Below, piece by piece: positions 53,353 to 64,000 of a stretch of DNA of 64,000 bases. Made by a program: the position numbers and the translations under genes. Origin of the DNA: Tetramitus jugosus (taxonomy: Eukaryota; Protista; Heterolobosea). The notes under the pieces were generated by a model. That model was given only the letters and a program-made list of their open reading frames with translations, did no database searches and was not told where the DNA came from. The stretch covers positions 62,001-126,000 of the forward strand of contig OW569370.1 of assembly GCA_937625935.1 (NCBI GenBank), given 5' to 3'. Each line of letters starts with the position of its first letter. Position 1 is the stretch's first letter.

Positions 53353-55698
53353 TTATAGAGTTGGCACTTGGAGGCTAACCATCTTTTCTCTTTCGTCTTC
53401 TGCCTCAGACAGGAGTTTATCAGCAGGTTTATAGGTGCTCTTTCTTCTTTTGACCTTCTTTTCATCAATCTTGGCTCTCTTTGCCGATACGCTTGTGTCC
53501 AACTTCTCATGCTTCACTCTCTCGTGGTGCGCGGCAGTGCTCTCTGGACCTTGGTCGTCAGCACTTTCCTCAGCCTTCTTGACACCAAACTTTGGTGGAG
53601 GACCCATACCGAACATACCCATCATCATTGGTTGTTGACCACCTGATCCATCATTATCAGCACCTCCGAATCGAATTGATTTCTTCACCACAGGCTTCTT
53701 TTCATCACTGCTGGATGATGTCGATGATTCATTCGAAGAAGATGGAACATTGAACCGAATAGCTGGTTTTCTCTCTGCTGCTGGCTGTTGACTTGGTGCA
53801 GCAGACACTGGAGGTTCCTTGTTTTGGAACATGGCCAATCTGGCTGACAATCCTCCAACACTACCACCAGTACTGACAGTTGGCTTTGGAGACGTAGTTG
53901 TTGTTGTTACCTTCGCAGTCGTATCACTATTGGCAGTTGTTGTTGTTGTTACTTTGCTATTGGTAGCAGTGTTGTTGTTAACAACTGGCTTACTGATGCT
54001 TATTGCAGTTGTTGCGACCGGTGCTGGAGTAGACTCTTCACTTGTTGGCTTTGGTCTCACGAATACGGATTGAGCTCTCACAGCACGCTTCACTGGCTCT
54101 GGTTCTGCTGGTTGAGCGTTTTGGAACATGGCCAATCGAGAGGCCAATCCTCCACCACCACCACCACCACCACTTGTACTCGCTGTTGCTGTTGTTGCAG
54201 TAGTGGTTGTGGTACTTCCAATAGTGGCACGTGCCGATGGGGAAGTACTACTTGGCTTCACAGTTGTTGAAGAAGAAACAGTGCTTGTGGCAGTAGATGC
54301 AGCACTTGTAGTATTAGTGGTAGTAGTAGTGGTGATAGTTTTAGCAGCAGAAGCAGCAGTAGTAGTATCGGTCGTTTTTGTTGTTGTTGAAGTGTTAGAA
54401 TCAACTTTGGCAATTGGTGTAGTAGTCGTACTAGTAGCAGTGGTAGAAGAAGAAGAAGAAGCTGGTGTGCTGACATTTGGTTTTTCAGTATTTTCACTCG
54501 TGGACTTTGCACCACCAAATGTCACCTTTGGCTTCACAGGTGTAGTAGTAGCAGCAGCAGGAGTGGTGGTGGTTGTTGTTGTCGTGGAAGGAGTAGCTGT
54601 AGCAGTAGTAGTAGTAGTAGTAGTAGCACTCTTTGGTACAATAGGAGTAGTAGTGCTACTGTTATTGTTGTTAGTAGTAGTAGTAGATGATGATGATGAT
54701 GATGTTGGTAATGATTGGAAACGTGATAATCGATCCTTGAGAGAGAGACCACTTGAAGCAGCAGGTGAAGTAGCTTTGGTGTCAACTGCTGCTGCTGAGC
54801 TATTGTTGTTATTAGCAGTAGTAGTGATAGGCTTTTTTGCGATAGATGTAGTTGTTGTTGTTGTTGTTGTTGTTGGTTCAGCTTTCACAGTGGTAGCTTT
54901 GGCAACTTCAACAGTAGCTGTAGCTTTTGTTGGTTCAACAGTTTTAGCTTCAACTGCAATCTTCTTTTCAACAGTTGTTTTTTCGGCTACCTTTGTATCA
55001 ACTGTTGCTGTTGATGTTGTTGATATTGTATTCTTGTTGTCGCTGCTGTCATTGACCTTGGCTGTGGCAGCAAACTCTGGAGTGAGCGGCGTAATGGGAG
55101 AAACTCCTCCTCTGGGGGACATCCCTCCGAACATAACTGACCTTCTACGGACGACATCTTTTGCTCCGTTGTCGGTCGCGGTTTCTTTCTTTACGCTTCC
55201 TCCTGTAATGCTAGCGCTCTCTTCAGCAGTCTTGGCGTACAATGCGAGACGAGCGGCTAATCCTGCACCTCGTGGTGATCTACGTGGTGATATCAAACCA
55301 GACGTGGTCGTTGGAGGCTAAGCGAATCGAACACGTGAAAAAACAATTAATTGTATGTGTAAGCTTTCTTGCTTCACTCCTCAAGAAAGTTCAAAAGAAA
55401 AAATCATGTTTGTTTCCTATGAAGCAAAAAAAAAACTTACCTTCTCTTCCATGGTCGGTTTTTCAGGAACAGCCGATGTGGTTGTTGTTGCCTTGTTCAA
55501 TAAAATACTTGGAACTTTTGTTGTGGTTGATGAAGATGATGTTGTTGATGGAGTTGGAGTTGTTGTTTTTGTGTCAGAAGCTGATGCACTGTTGTTGTTG
55601 TTTACACTGGGTGGAAAGCTTCGTTTGACCACTGCTGGTTGCTGAGCAGGTGTGCTCGCTGCTGGCTTCTGTTGTTCCAAATTCTTCCAAAAGTTCAT
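53353..55698 (-). CDS. Thr/Ser/Pro-rich disordered protein with repeated 'L.xRL..F' motifs, exons 55698-55441 and 55317-53353
   Basis: Phase-0 intron GTAAGT..TAG. Four related helical motifs and a possible capping-protein-interaction motif near the C-terminus. Confidence 0.75.
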
Positions 55699-56156
55699 TG
55701 TTTTTTCTTCTGCGACTATTTAAAAAATTTTTGCTGCTACACACTGGTGGGACACACGAACGAGTACTGCTTATTATTCTCTTTGAAGAAAAAAGTTGAT
55801 GTTGTTCTTGTTTGTTGTTGTGAGCTATATCCTTCCTCCCTCTATTAAGAATAAATACTATAGGATGTGGTGTCGTGTTTTTATTTTCTGCTATTTTGTT
55901 TCCCCTTGAAATGCACACAGAGAATCCTATTGTCCATCATCACGTCACACATCCATTTACTCTAATTAAGAAAACCGATGACAGATGGTCTGATTACTCC
56001 GTCTACAAAAAACTGAAACTTCAATCAGAACGTCTGACCAAAAACTGTCCCCTAGCAGATCGCGCTCAAAACAAGAATCTGCGAACGAGAGGGGTTTTTC
56101 TCCTCAGTTAGCAAACGCAGATAAAAAAGCAAACAACAAGTATTCATCATCAAAAC

Positions 56157-56576
56157 ATGTCAAACGTTGAAGAAAGATTCCAATTGGCCATCAAGTACGT
56201 CCAACAAGGCCTAGCCAAAGAACAATACGCAGACTCCAATGAATTGACTGTTACTGATCAGTTGGAGTTTTATGGTCTTTTCAAGATTGCTACCGTTGGT
56301 GATTGCACTGAGACTGCACCATGGTCCATTCAAGGTTAGTTGATCAACTACTCTCCTCCTCACTTTTTTTTTTATTGTTGTTGTTGCTGTTTTTGATCAA
56401 AAACATGACTGACATATCATTTTCTGTCATCTCTTCACATAGTTGTTGCAAGACAAAAGTGGGAAGCTTGGAACAAGTTGAACGGTATGAGCCAAGAAGA
56501 TGCCAAGATCAAGTACATTGAAAAGTTGACTTCATTGGCACCAGAATGGGAATCTTACATTAGAAACAAGCAATAA
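56157..56576 (+). CDS. ACBP: Acyl-CoA-binding protein, exons 56157-56334 and 56443-56576
   Basis: 'EERFQLA', 'QLEFYGLFKIATVGDC...P...ARQKWEAWNKLNGMSQEDAKIKYI'. Confidence 0.95.
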
Positions 56577-56749
56577 GAGCTCTTATTGCAAAAACAAGTA
56601 TTGCAATTGAACACCTACACTCTTTGAATACAACAACAACTCTTATTTAATTTCACCAACGTTCAAATTTCATTCTTGTTCATTGGGACACTTTTTCACA
56701 CAAAAATAACAAGCAAACAAACCAATAACACAACACACAAAAAACAAAC

Positions 56750-57439
56750 ATGGTAAAGATGGAAACTTGTCTCGGTGATATTCACATTCGTGAAAACACC
56801 AATCTCCCGCACAGTGGTTCCCGTGTATGGTCATCGAGTCACGTTCTCACAAAATACCTTGAAAAACATCGAAGAAAATTGAAAATCAAGGGCAAGGTAC
56901 TAGAGTTGGGTGCAGGATGTGGTATGAATGGTATCATGATGAGTCTCATTGGTTGCGACACTGTAGTGTTTACTGATATTGTGAGTGTGTTGGATCATTT
57001 GCAACAAAATGTGGAACTTAATTTGTTGAATCCATACTCGAGGAGTAGTAGTAGTCAATCAATGATTGATGCAAATGGAGGTGGTGGTAGTGGTGATGAA
57101 AAGAAAAAGTATGCTGTTCGGGCATTGGATTGGGAGAGTGAAGAAGACATGAACAATATTAAGCAAGAATTTGGATCATTTCAATTCATTATTGGCTCGG
57201 ATGTCGTTTATCAGGAGCAGTACATTGAACCATTGTTGAAAACGTTGCGCTTCTTTACAGAGGACCACACGAGTGCTCAGATTATGATTGCATATGAGAT
57301 TAGGAATGAGAGTGCGCATGAAATGTTTTTGGAAAAGTGTCCAGAGTTTGGATTTGAAGTGAAGGAGATACCGACAAAGTTGCAACATGAAGATTGCAGA
57401 GACGAGTTGGTGCTCATTTATCATTTGAGAAGATTATAG
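56750..57439 (+). CDS. METTL21-like protein lysine methyltransferase (Methyltransf_16)
   Basis: 'SGSRVW', 'VLELGAGCG', 'FTD', 'LDW', 'IIGSDVVY'. Confidence 0.92.
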   Translation: MVKMETCLGDIHIRENTNLPHSGSRVWSSSHVLTKYLEKHRRKLKIKGKVLELGAGCGMNGIMMSLIGCDTVVFTDIVSVLDHLQQNVELNLLNPYSRSSSSQSMIDANGGGGSGDEKKKYAVRALDWESEEDMNNIKQEFGSFQFIIGSDVVYQEQYIEPLLKTLRFFTEDHTSAQIMIAYEIRNESAHEMFLEKCPEFGFEVKEIPTKLQHEDCRDELVLIYHLRRL

Positions 57440-57569
57440 TGAACAACAACAAAAATCAAGGTGCACAAAACGAACTTTTAATCCTAGGGAAATCTCTGGT
57501 GAGAGAGATTTGTTTTTGTTGTTGTTATTTTTGTGATTGTTGTTGGGTCGCTAGTGGTGTGACCGTCAG

Positions 57570-59876
57570 TCACAAGTATTGATTTGCCACCGATAAATAC
57601 ACTTGTATCTTTGCTCTGTGTGGTGAATACAATTGCCGAAAAGGAACAAACAGTTAGTTCAAGAACATCAAATGGTGTGAATGATAGGAACAATGAACAA
57701 CATACCTTGTTTCTCGTGAGCAATGAGGATCTGATAGAATTTGCTGGCATGTGTTGAATGCTGCAGCATAATTTTTCACTAATAAATGGATGTAGGCACT
57801 CTTTTGTAAAGCGTTCAATAACATTATACTCGAGGGAGCAGATTGTCGAGAGAGCAACGATATTGCGTTTTGAATGCACTGATTGGCAGTTTCCAGAGAC
57901 ATGCTAGGTAGAGTGAATGGCAGGGAGCTGGAGCGTACAAACTCTGAAGATGAACTTACTGAGCATTGAGGACCGATGCCAGTGGGACTGTTGCTATGCT
58001 TTTGTTGATGACGATCTGAGGACATCAGAGGCAAGCCAGTCACATTTTGCGTCGCCGGTAATATCACCTTTTGAACAAAGATTCCATCGAGTTTGCTTTC
58101 CACGTACACAGATGCAACATTCTTCTGTTGTTTGTTTAGCGCTGTCAACCGTTCATTTTCAGCAATGCAACACTCTGTCAATCGTATCCAAACATATGGA
58201 TTATTGTACATTGTGTAGGCGCATCGATAGAGTGTATCGAATGCTCTGCTAAAGTTTTTCGCTTGCATTTCCTGAACACCTATATTGTACAGTATTCGCG
58301 CATCTGGCTCAGTGGATGCACTCTTTGACATGTCTCGATCATGAAAATCAACATTCGCTTCCATGAGCTTTGCAAAATAGAATGACGCAGGAGTATTACT
58401 ATACTCGTTGCTCGGAGTGGTAGTCTTGCTGTGTGAAAGATTCACTTGATCCAAATGCTCTCTCATGTGCATGTAAGCCATGTTATTATAGTAGACCATG
58501 GGAAGAACTTGTGGTCTAATGTGATTCATCAACTGCACACACTTTGATATAATATCCGACTGCTTGTTCAATGGACTTTGCTTATACTTTTCAATCAAAA
58601 TCTTTGCTTGCATCAGTGACGTAGTGACATCCTTCTTGCACGGAGACAAGTGCTGTGCATGGATGACATCCGTGTTGCCCGCATTGGACACTCGATGCAC
58701 AAACAATTGTGCAATAATTTTAAATTCAACGCAAGCAGATTCCACATCCGATACAAACAAGTAGTAGCGCATTCGATAAATGTGCAACCAAAATTTACTC
58801 TCGGCCACTGAAAAATATTGAAACGGCGCCGCATTCGTCGCTTTTCCTAATCGACTACCACCACTACCACTAGTATTCAAATTACTAGCAAGCACTGTCG
58901 TAGTAGGTTTCGTATAATAATCCATGACCAACGTTGACCGGAACACAATATTTAAATATTCGATAATTTCATGTGCCATTCGCGTGGATTCACTCTTCAT
59001 GACGCACTGACTCAACAAGCAATCCAACAATAAAAAACAAATTTTCAACACGTAGAATTCTTCATATTTTTCCAACAGGACACAACTCGTACTATTGAAA
59101 TCTCCCACACTATTATTATTACTACTATTACTACTATTATTACTATTCACATGATCACTCTTATTACTCTTTGAACTATTACTATTACTACTACTATTGT
59201 TGTTATTATTATTGATATTATTGTTGATATTGTTATTGTTTGTTGTTTCATGAGAAGGAATTAATTTGGATTGAAATTGTTCAAAAATGGGAAATAGGCA
59301 ATCAATGACATTGGCATATCTTTGAAAAATAAAGTGCAATAGTGCTTGATTGTACATGAGAATGGGATGATGATCCAAATCATCTCTTTTCACTTCACTA
59401 CTATTACCATTGTTATTATTACTATTATTACTATTATTATTATTATGATGAGAAGAATATTTTGATTTGAGTGAAGTCAAGTGATTATACAATGTTTCTT
59501 CTTCCAACAACAGCAATAATGATGATTCATCATATTGTCGATCATCATCTGTCTCACGCTTCTTATTTTCACTGATGACATTGTTTTGTAGTACTGTTTG
59601 TTGTTGTTGTTGTTGTTGTTTTTTCTTCTTCTTTTTCTTACTTGTATTTGTAGTTGAATTGTTGTGATTGTTATTGTGGTGATGAGAATTCTTTCGTTTC
59701 AAATAGTGAAGAATCATGAGATCATGATGAATGAGAAAGAGTGTGGAGGCAGAGGGTGATGCAGATGATTGTTCGGAACAGAGCTTGGTGTTGAGTCGTT
59801 CAATTTCTTGATCAATCATCAATGGATTGTGATTGTGAGTATGAATAGTGTGATGGTGGTTGTTGTTTGTTGTCAT
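57570..59876 (-). CDS. CNOT10: CCR4-NOT complex subunit 10-like, exons 59876-57706 and 57615-57570
   Basis: 'ILMYNQAL', 'ICFLLLD', 'YYNNMAYMH', 'ILYNIGVQ...AFDTL', 'NPYVWIRLTECCI'. Poly-N/Q inserts. Last intron GTATGT..CAG is inferred. Confidence 0.8.
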
Positions 59877-60226
59877 TTGGGTTTTCTGAACTTTGGTTTT
59901 ATGTCGGGGAGGGATTTTGTGTTATTCTCCTTCGATCGACAAGGAGACAACCTGGAGTGCAAAGTAAGTCACAATGAAAAAGAGTCTTAGATCATTACCC
60001 TGTTTGTCGACTCTGTGCACAAGTTCCCTTCATTGCTCAAGTCTTCTATTGTTGTATTTTATGGCTTTTCTTTCTTCCAAGGAGCAATTCGAACCTTCAA
60101 GTTTCAGATGAGCTTCGTGTTTCCTGCAATCCTCAAAGGTTCAACTTCGCGTGAACTCAGTGGATGTGACAGATTCATTTAACTTCGGCGTTCAAAAGAT
60201 AATTATCTCACAAACATCACAAAACA

Positions 60227-61912
60227 ATGTCTGAAAACAATGTCGCTATCAGCGATAAAAGCAATAATGATGAAACGATTGAAATTAGTTCTGTTCTGGA
60301 CAAGGATACATGGTCAAAAGTCATAGAATTTTGTGATACTCGCGAATGGTTGCAATTGAGTTACACTTGCAGAGGAATCAATCGATTCAAATACAATCGA
60401 TTCCTCATGGGCAACAAGCAGAGAACACTAAAGATCAATCTGAGCGATCAAGAAGTTGAACACTGGTTTCAATTGGGACAAGGAACATTGTTTAATGTTT
60501 ACATGGCATGGAATCGACATGTTGTGGATGATCATTTCCAATATTTGCAAGGCATCCACACACTCGATATTAGTCATTGTCAACAACTCACAGACAAAGC
60601 AATTGTTCATTTATCTGGCATTCACACACTCAACATGAGCGATTGTAGGGGTATCACAGATGATGTATTCTCTCACTTGATAGGAATTCATACACTTGAT
60701 ATGAGTTATTGCAGTCAATTGACAGAACAAGCTATTTCTTATTTGACTGGCATTCATACGCTCAGCATGAGTAATTGTCGTGGAATCACTGACAATGCAT
60801 TCCAATATTTGGCTGGCATCCACACACTCGACGTAAGTGCTTGTGACACTATCACAGACGATGCTTTTTCTCATTTGAAAGGTATCCATACACTCAACAT
60901 GAGTAATTGCGATAACATCACAGGCCAAGCTCTTGCTCGTTTGACTGGCATTCATACACTTGATATCAGTCGTTGCAGCATCACTGACGATGCATTTTTC
61001 CATTTGACTGGTATTCATGCATTGAATATGGCCCGTTGTAATCAAATCACTGACAATGCGTTTGTTCATTTGCCTGGTATTCACACACTCAACATGAGTG
61101 GTTGCAGTCAGATTACAGATCTAGCATTCCCTCACTTGACAGGAGTTCAGATACTCGATATGAATTATTGCAATCGAATCACAGATCAAGCTTTCCTCCA
61201 TTTGAAAGGTATTCATACACTCAACATACGAAGCTGCAATCGGATCACAGACGAAGCATTTTCTCATTTGACTGGCATTCATACACTCGATATGCTTTCT
61301 TGCAGGCAATTCACCGACCAAGCCATTTCTCATCTGACTGGCATTCATACACTCAACATGAGTGGTTGCAATCGAATCACTGACAGTGCATTCGATTATT
61401 TGGCTGGCATCCACTCACTCGATATAAGTGGCTGCACTAAAATCACAGACACTGCCATTTCTCACCTGGTCGGCATTCATACACTCGATATGAGTTCTTG
61501 CAAGCAAATCACCGACCAAGCTTTTCCTCATTTGAAAGGTATTCATACACTCAACATGAGTTCTTGCACCTCAATCACGAACAATGCAGTTGCTCATTTG
61601 ACTGGCATTCACACACTGAATATGGCTTATTGCAATCAAATCACAGACGATGCTCTTCATCATTTAACCAACATTCATTCACTCAATCTGAGTGGCTGCA
61701 AAAACATCACAGATGAAGCTTTTGTTCATTTAACCACCATTCATTCACTCAATATGGCTCAATGCCATCAAGAATCAATCACTGAGAAAGCACTCTTGCC
61801 CTTGAAGAATCTGCACGAACTCTATTGGTCTGATTATAATCGAGACACTAACTTTGTCGAAAGAGTGACTGGGCATTGTGAAGCACGTTCAATATCTCTC
61901 ACATGGAAATAA
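60227..61912 (+). CDS. F-box-like + leucine-rich-repeat protein (19 x ~22-aa LRR), tandem copy A
   Basis: N-terminal 'LDKDTWSKVIEFCDTREWLQLSYTCRGI' is F-box-like. Repeat consensus GIHTLxMSxCxxITDxAFxHLx. Confidence 0.85.
   Translation: MSENNVAISDKSNNDETIEISSVLDKDTWSKVIEFCDTREWLQLSYTCRGINRFKYNRFLMGNKQRTLKINLSDQEVEHWFQLGQGTLFNVYMAWNRHVVDDHFQYLQGIHTLDISHCQQLTDKAIVHLSGIHTLNMSDCRGITDDVFSHLIGIHTLDMSYCSQLTEQAISYLTGIHTLSMSNCRGITDNAFQYLAGIHTLDVSACDTITDDAFSHLKGIHTLNMSNCDNITGQALARLTGIHTLDISRCSITDDAFFHLTGIHALNMARCNQITDNAFVHLPGIHTLNMSGCSQITDLAFPHLTGVQILDMNYCNRITDQAFLHLKGIHTLNIRSCNRITDEAFSHLTGIHTLDMLSCRQFTDQAISHLTGIHTLNMSGCNRITDSAFDYLAGIHSLDISGCTKITDTAISHLVGIHTLDMSSCKQITDQAFPHLKGIHTLNMSSCTSITNNAVAHLTGIHTLNMAYCNQITDDALHHLTNIHSLNLSGCKNITDEAFVHLTTIHSLNMAQCHQESITEKALLPLKNLHELYWSDYNRDTNFVERVTGHCEARSISLTWK
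60551..61800 (+). repeat. Coding tandem array of ~66-bp LRR units
   Basis: Recurrent GGCATTCATACACTC(A/G)A(C/T)AT core about every 66 bp. Confidence 0.9.
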
Positions 61913-62214
61913 CAAGACATACAAATTCAATTTTGGTAGGGTATATTGCGCGATCTCCCTCCGCGCTCTTTGATTCTTCGAGTTCGGGCCCACCGGCCAA
62001 TTTCGGCCATAAAAACTAACAACCGTAACATGGTAAATAGGAGAGCGCTTAAAGTCGAGTTTAGAAATTCACTACAGATGTCACACAAAGTCCTTGCACT
62101 TCAGTGTCTTCCAAGGAGGGTTTTGAACCTTCAAGCTTGGAATTTGCTTGCCGGCAGAGACATATCTCACGTTAACTCAACCTCCATGAATGACAACAAC
62201 AAAATATTGTCACC

Positions 62215-63555
62215 ATGTCTGCCAGTGATATGAGCAATAACAACGTAATAATTGAAATTAATTCTACCCTTTGCCGAGACTTATGGTCAAAAGTTATAGA
62301 GTTTTGTGACACGAGAGCTTGGTTGTTATTGAGTTACACTTGCAGAGGAATCAATCAATCCAAGTACAATCGATTCCTCATGGGCAACAAGCAGAGAACA
62401 CTAAAGATCGATCTGAGTGGTCAAGAAGTTGAACACTGGTTTCAATTGGGACAAGGAACATTGTTTAATGTTTACATGGCATGGAATCGACATGTTGTGG
62501 ATGATCATTTCCGATATTTGCAAGGCATCCACACACTCGATATTAGTCATTGTCAACAAATAACAGACAAAGCAATTGTTCATTTATCTGGCATTCACAC
62601 ACTCAAAATGCGTGATTGTAGGGGTATCACAGATGATATATTCTCTCACTTGATAGGAATTCATACACTTGATATGAGTTATTGCAGTCAATTGACAGAT
62701 CAAGCTATATCCTATCTGACTGGCATTCATACGCTCAGCATGAGTAATTGTCGTGGAATCACTGACAATGCATTCCAATATTTGGCTGGAATTCACACGC
62801 TTGACATTAGTGCCTGTGACAATATCACTAACAGTGGGTTTGCTCATTTGAAAGGTGTTCATGCACTCAACATGAGTAATTGTGAGAACATCACAGACCA
62901 AGCTATTTCTCATTTGACTGGCATTCATACACTCGATATAAGTAGTTGTAGTTCTATCACTTGCAATGCCTTTGTCCATTTAATTGGTATTCATGCATTG
63001 AATATGGCCCGTTGTGATCAAATCACTGACAATGCGTTCCTTCATTTGGTTGGCATCCACTCACTCGATATAAGTGGCTGCACTAAAGTTACAGACAAAG
63101 CGTTTTCTCATTTGAACGGTCTTCATACACTCAACATGAGAGGTTGCAAGCAAATCACCGACCAAGCTTTTCCTCATTTGAAAGGTATTCATACACTCAA
63201 CATGAGTTCTTGCACCTCAATCACGAACAATGCCTTCGTTCATTTGTCTGGCATTCACACACTAGATGTGGCTTATTGCAATCAAATCACAGACGATGCA
63301 CTTTGTTTGAAAAATGTCCATACGCTCAACCTGAGTGGTTGCAAAAACATCACAGACGAAGCTTTTGTTCATTTAACCACCATTCATTCACTCAATATGG
63401 CTCGATGCCATCAAGAATCAATCACTGAGAAAGCACTCTTGCCCTTGAAGAATCTGCACGAGCTCTATTGGTCTGATTATAATCGAGACACGAACTTTGT
63501 CGAAAGAGTGACTGGGCATTGTGAAGTTCATTCAATATCTCTCGTTTGGAAATGA
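62215..63555 (+). CDS. F-box-like + leucine-rich-repeat protein (14 x ~22-aa LRR), tandem copy B
   Basis: Near-identical N- and C-terminal DNA to copy A. Lacks the equivalents of copy A repeats 9-13. Confidence 0.85.
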   Translation: MSASDMSNNNVIIEINSTLCRDLWSKVIEFCDTRAWLLLSYTCRGINQSKYNRFLMGNKQRTLKIDLSGQEVEHWFQLGQGTLFNVYMAWNRHVVDDHFRYLQGIHTLDISHCQQITDKAIVHLSGIHTLKMRDCRGITDDIFSHLIGIHTLDMSYCSQLTDQAISYLTGIHTLSMSNCRGITDNAFQYLAGIHTLDISACDNITNSGFAHLKGVHALNMSNCENITDQAISHLTGIHTLDISSCSSITCNAFVHLIGIHALNMARCDQITDNAFLHLVGIHSLDISGCTKVTDKAFSHLNGLHTLNMRGCKQITDQAFPHLKGIHTLNMSSCTSITNNAFVHLSGIHTLDVAYCNQITDDALCLKNVHTLNLSGCKNITDEAFVHLTTIHSLNMARCHQESITEKALLPLKNLHELYWSDYNRDTNFVERVTGHCEVHSISLVWK

Positions 63556-64000
63556 CCATAAGATTAAACTGAAAATGTCACAAAACTAATCGGCGATTGC
63601 ACTGAGTTCATGAATCAAATCTCCCCAACTGATAGAGCCAAGTATCAATCAATCATTGATCAGTTGTACCAGCGCTTCTTCTAACTTCCAAAGTGCATCA
63701 ACAAAAGTAGCACAGAGCGATGATACGATGAAACAAAACTTCCTTCAGAATTTTATGAACGTAGCTAACACTAGCCTCCAAACTGCTGTCAACCAGATGA
63801 ATGTACTACAACCGTGTAAACAACCATAACATGCTGAATCAACTCCTCTTCTCTTTTGTTCATTAATTTGGTGCATTGGAACCTGTTAGCTTTGATAGCA
63901 TCTCTGTACACTTTCCCCAAGTACGCTTGAACCTTTAGAAAGATATTTGATCATTGTTGGTTGGTTGTTGCGATTGACAAAATGTATTCTAACTGATAAA

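Noticed and set aside
54128-55321. 397-aa Val-rich ORF on the + strand
   Set aside because: Antisense shadow of the Thr-rich gene: ACN/ACT repeats read as GTN/AGT, which lack stops. It has no independent protein features.
60551-63440. Regularly spaced ~66-bp repeats resembling a CRISPR array
   Set aside because: They are in-frame LRR coding units with degenerate third positions and no unique spacers, and there are no cas genes in this eukaryotic context.
63568-64000. Short open frames after the second LRR gene (e.g. ...MNQISPTDRAKYQSIIDQLYQRFF* on +, and a possible terminal exon on -)
   Set aside because: Too short and unanchored to support a gene call; it may belong to a gene beyond the window edge.
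1-64000. tRNA, rRNA, spliceosomal snRNA, transposase or reverse-transcriptase genes
   Set aside because: No cloverleaf with A/B boxes, rRNA or snRNA signature, or DDE/RT motifs were recognised by eye. A covariance-model scan would be needed to exclude small RNAs fully.

Overview
Gene-dense eukaryotic (protist) nuclear DNA, not prokaryotic. It holds about 37 protein-coding genes with short intergenic gaps and short GT-AG introns, mostly GTATGT/GTAAGT donors with CTRAC-like branch points. Several genes are split in the ORF track and were re-joined here by hand. The gene content points by inference to a heterolobosean (Naegleria-relative) amoeba: a Zn2Cys6 factor, a multi-TM RGS protein, many F-box fusions and an EW-type gnd. 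Housekeeping genes include UEV1/MMS2, RPC31, copine, stomatin-like 2, 6PGD, UAP1, G6PD, a CaMK-type kinase, a TGL lipase, a purple acid phosphatase, a RAD51 paralog, NDUFA13, a BRF-family factor, ACBP, a METTL21-like methyltransferase and CNOT10. The most notable observations are: (1) a split GIY-YIG endonuclease/Zn-finger gene bracketed by an exact 33-bp direct repeat of the neighbouring RGS gene's 3' end; (2) both oxidative pentose-phosphate dehydrogenases within 5.3 kb, each with plant/cyanobacterial-type signatures; (3) about 8 F-box-type adaptors, including F-box-Rho(CaaX), F-box-DUF1963 and two tandem pairs that are diversifying; (4) a secreted cyanophycinase; (5) a PARP6/8-like protein lacking its catalytic motif. 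I saw no tRNA, rRNA or CRISPR array. All family assignments come from motif recognition by eye; no searches were run.
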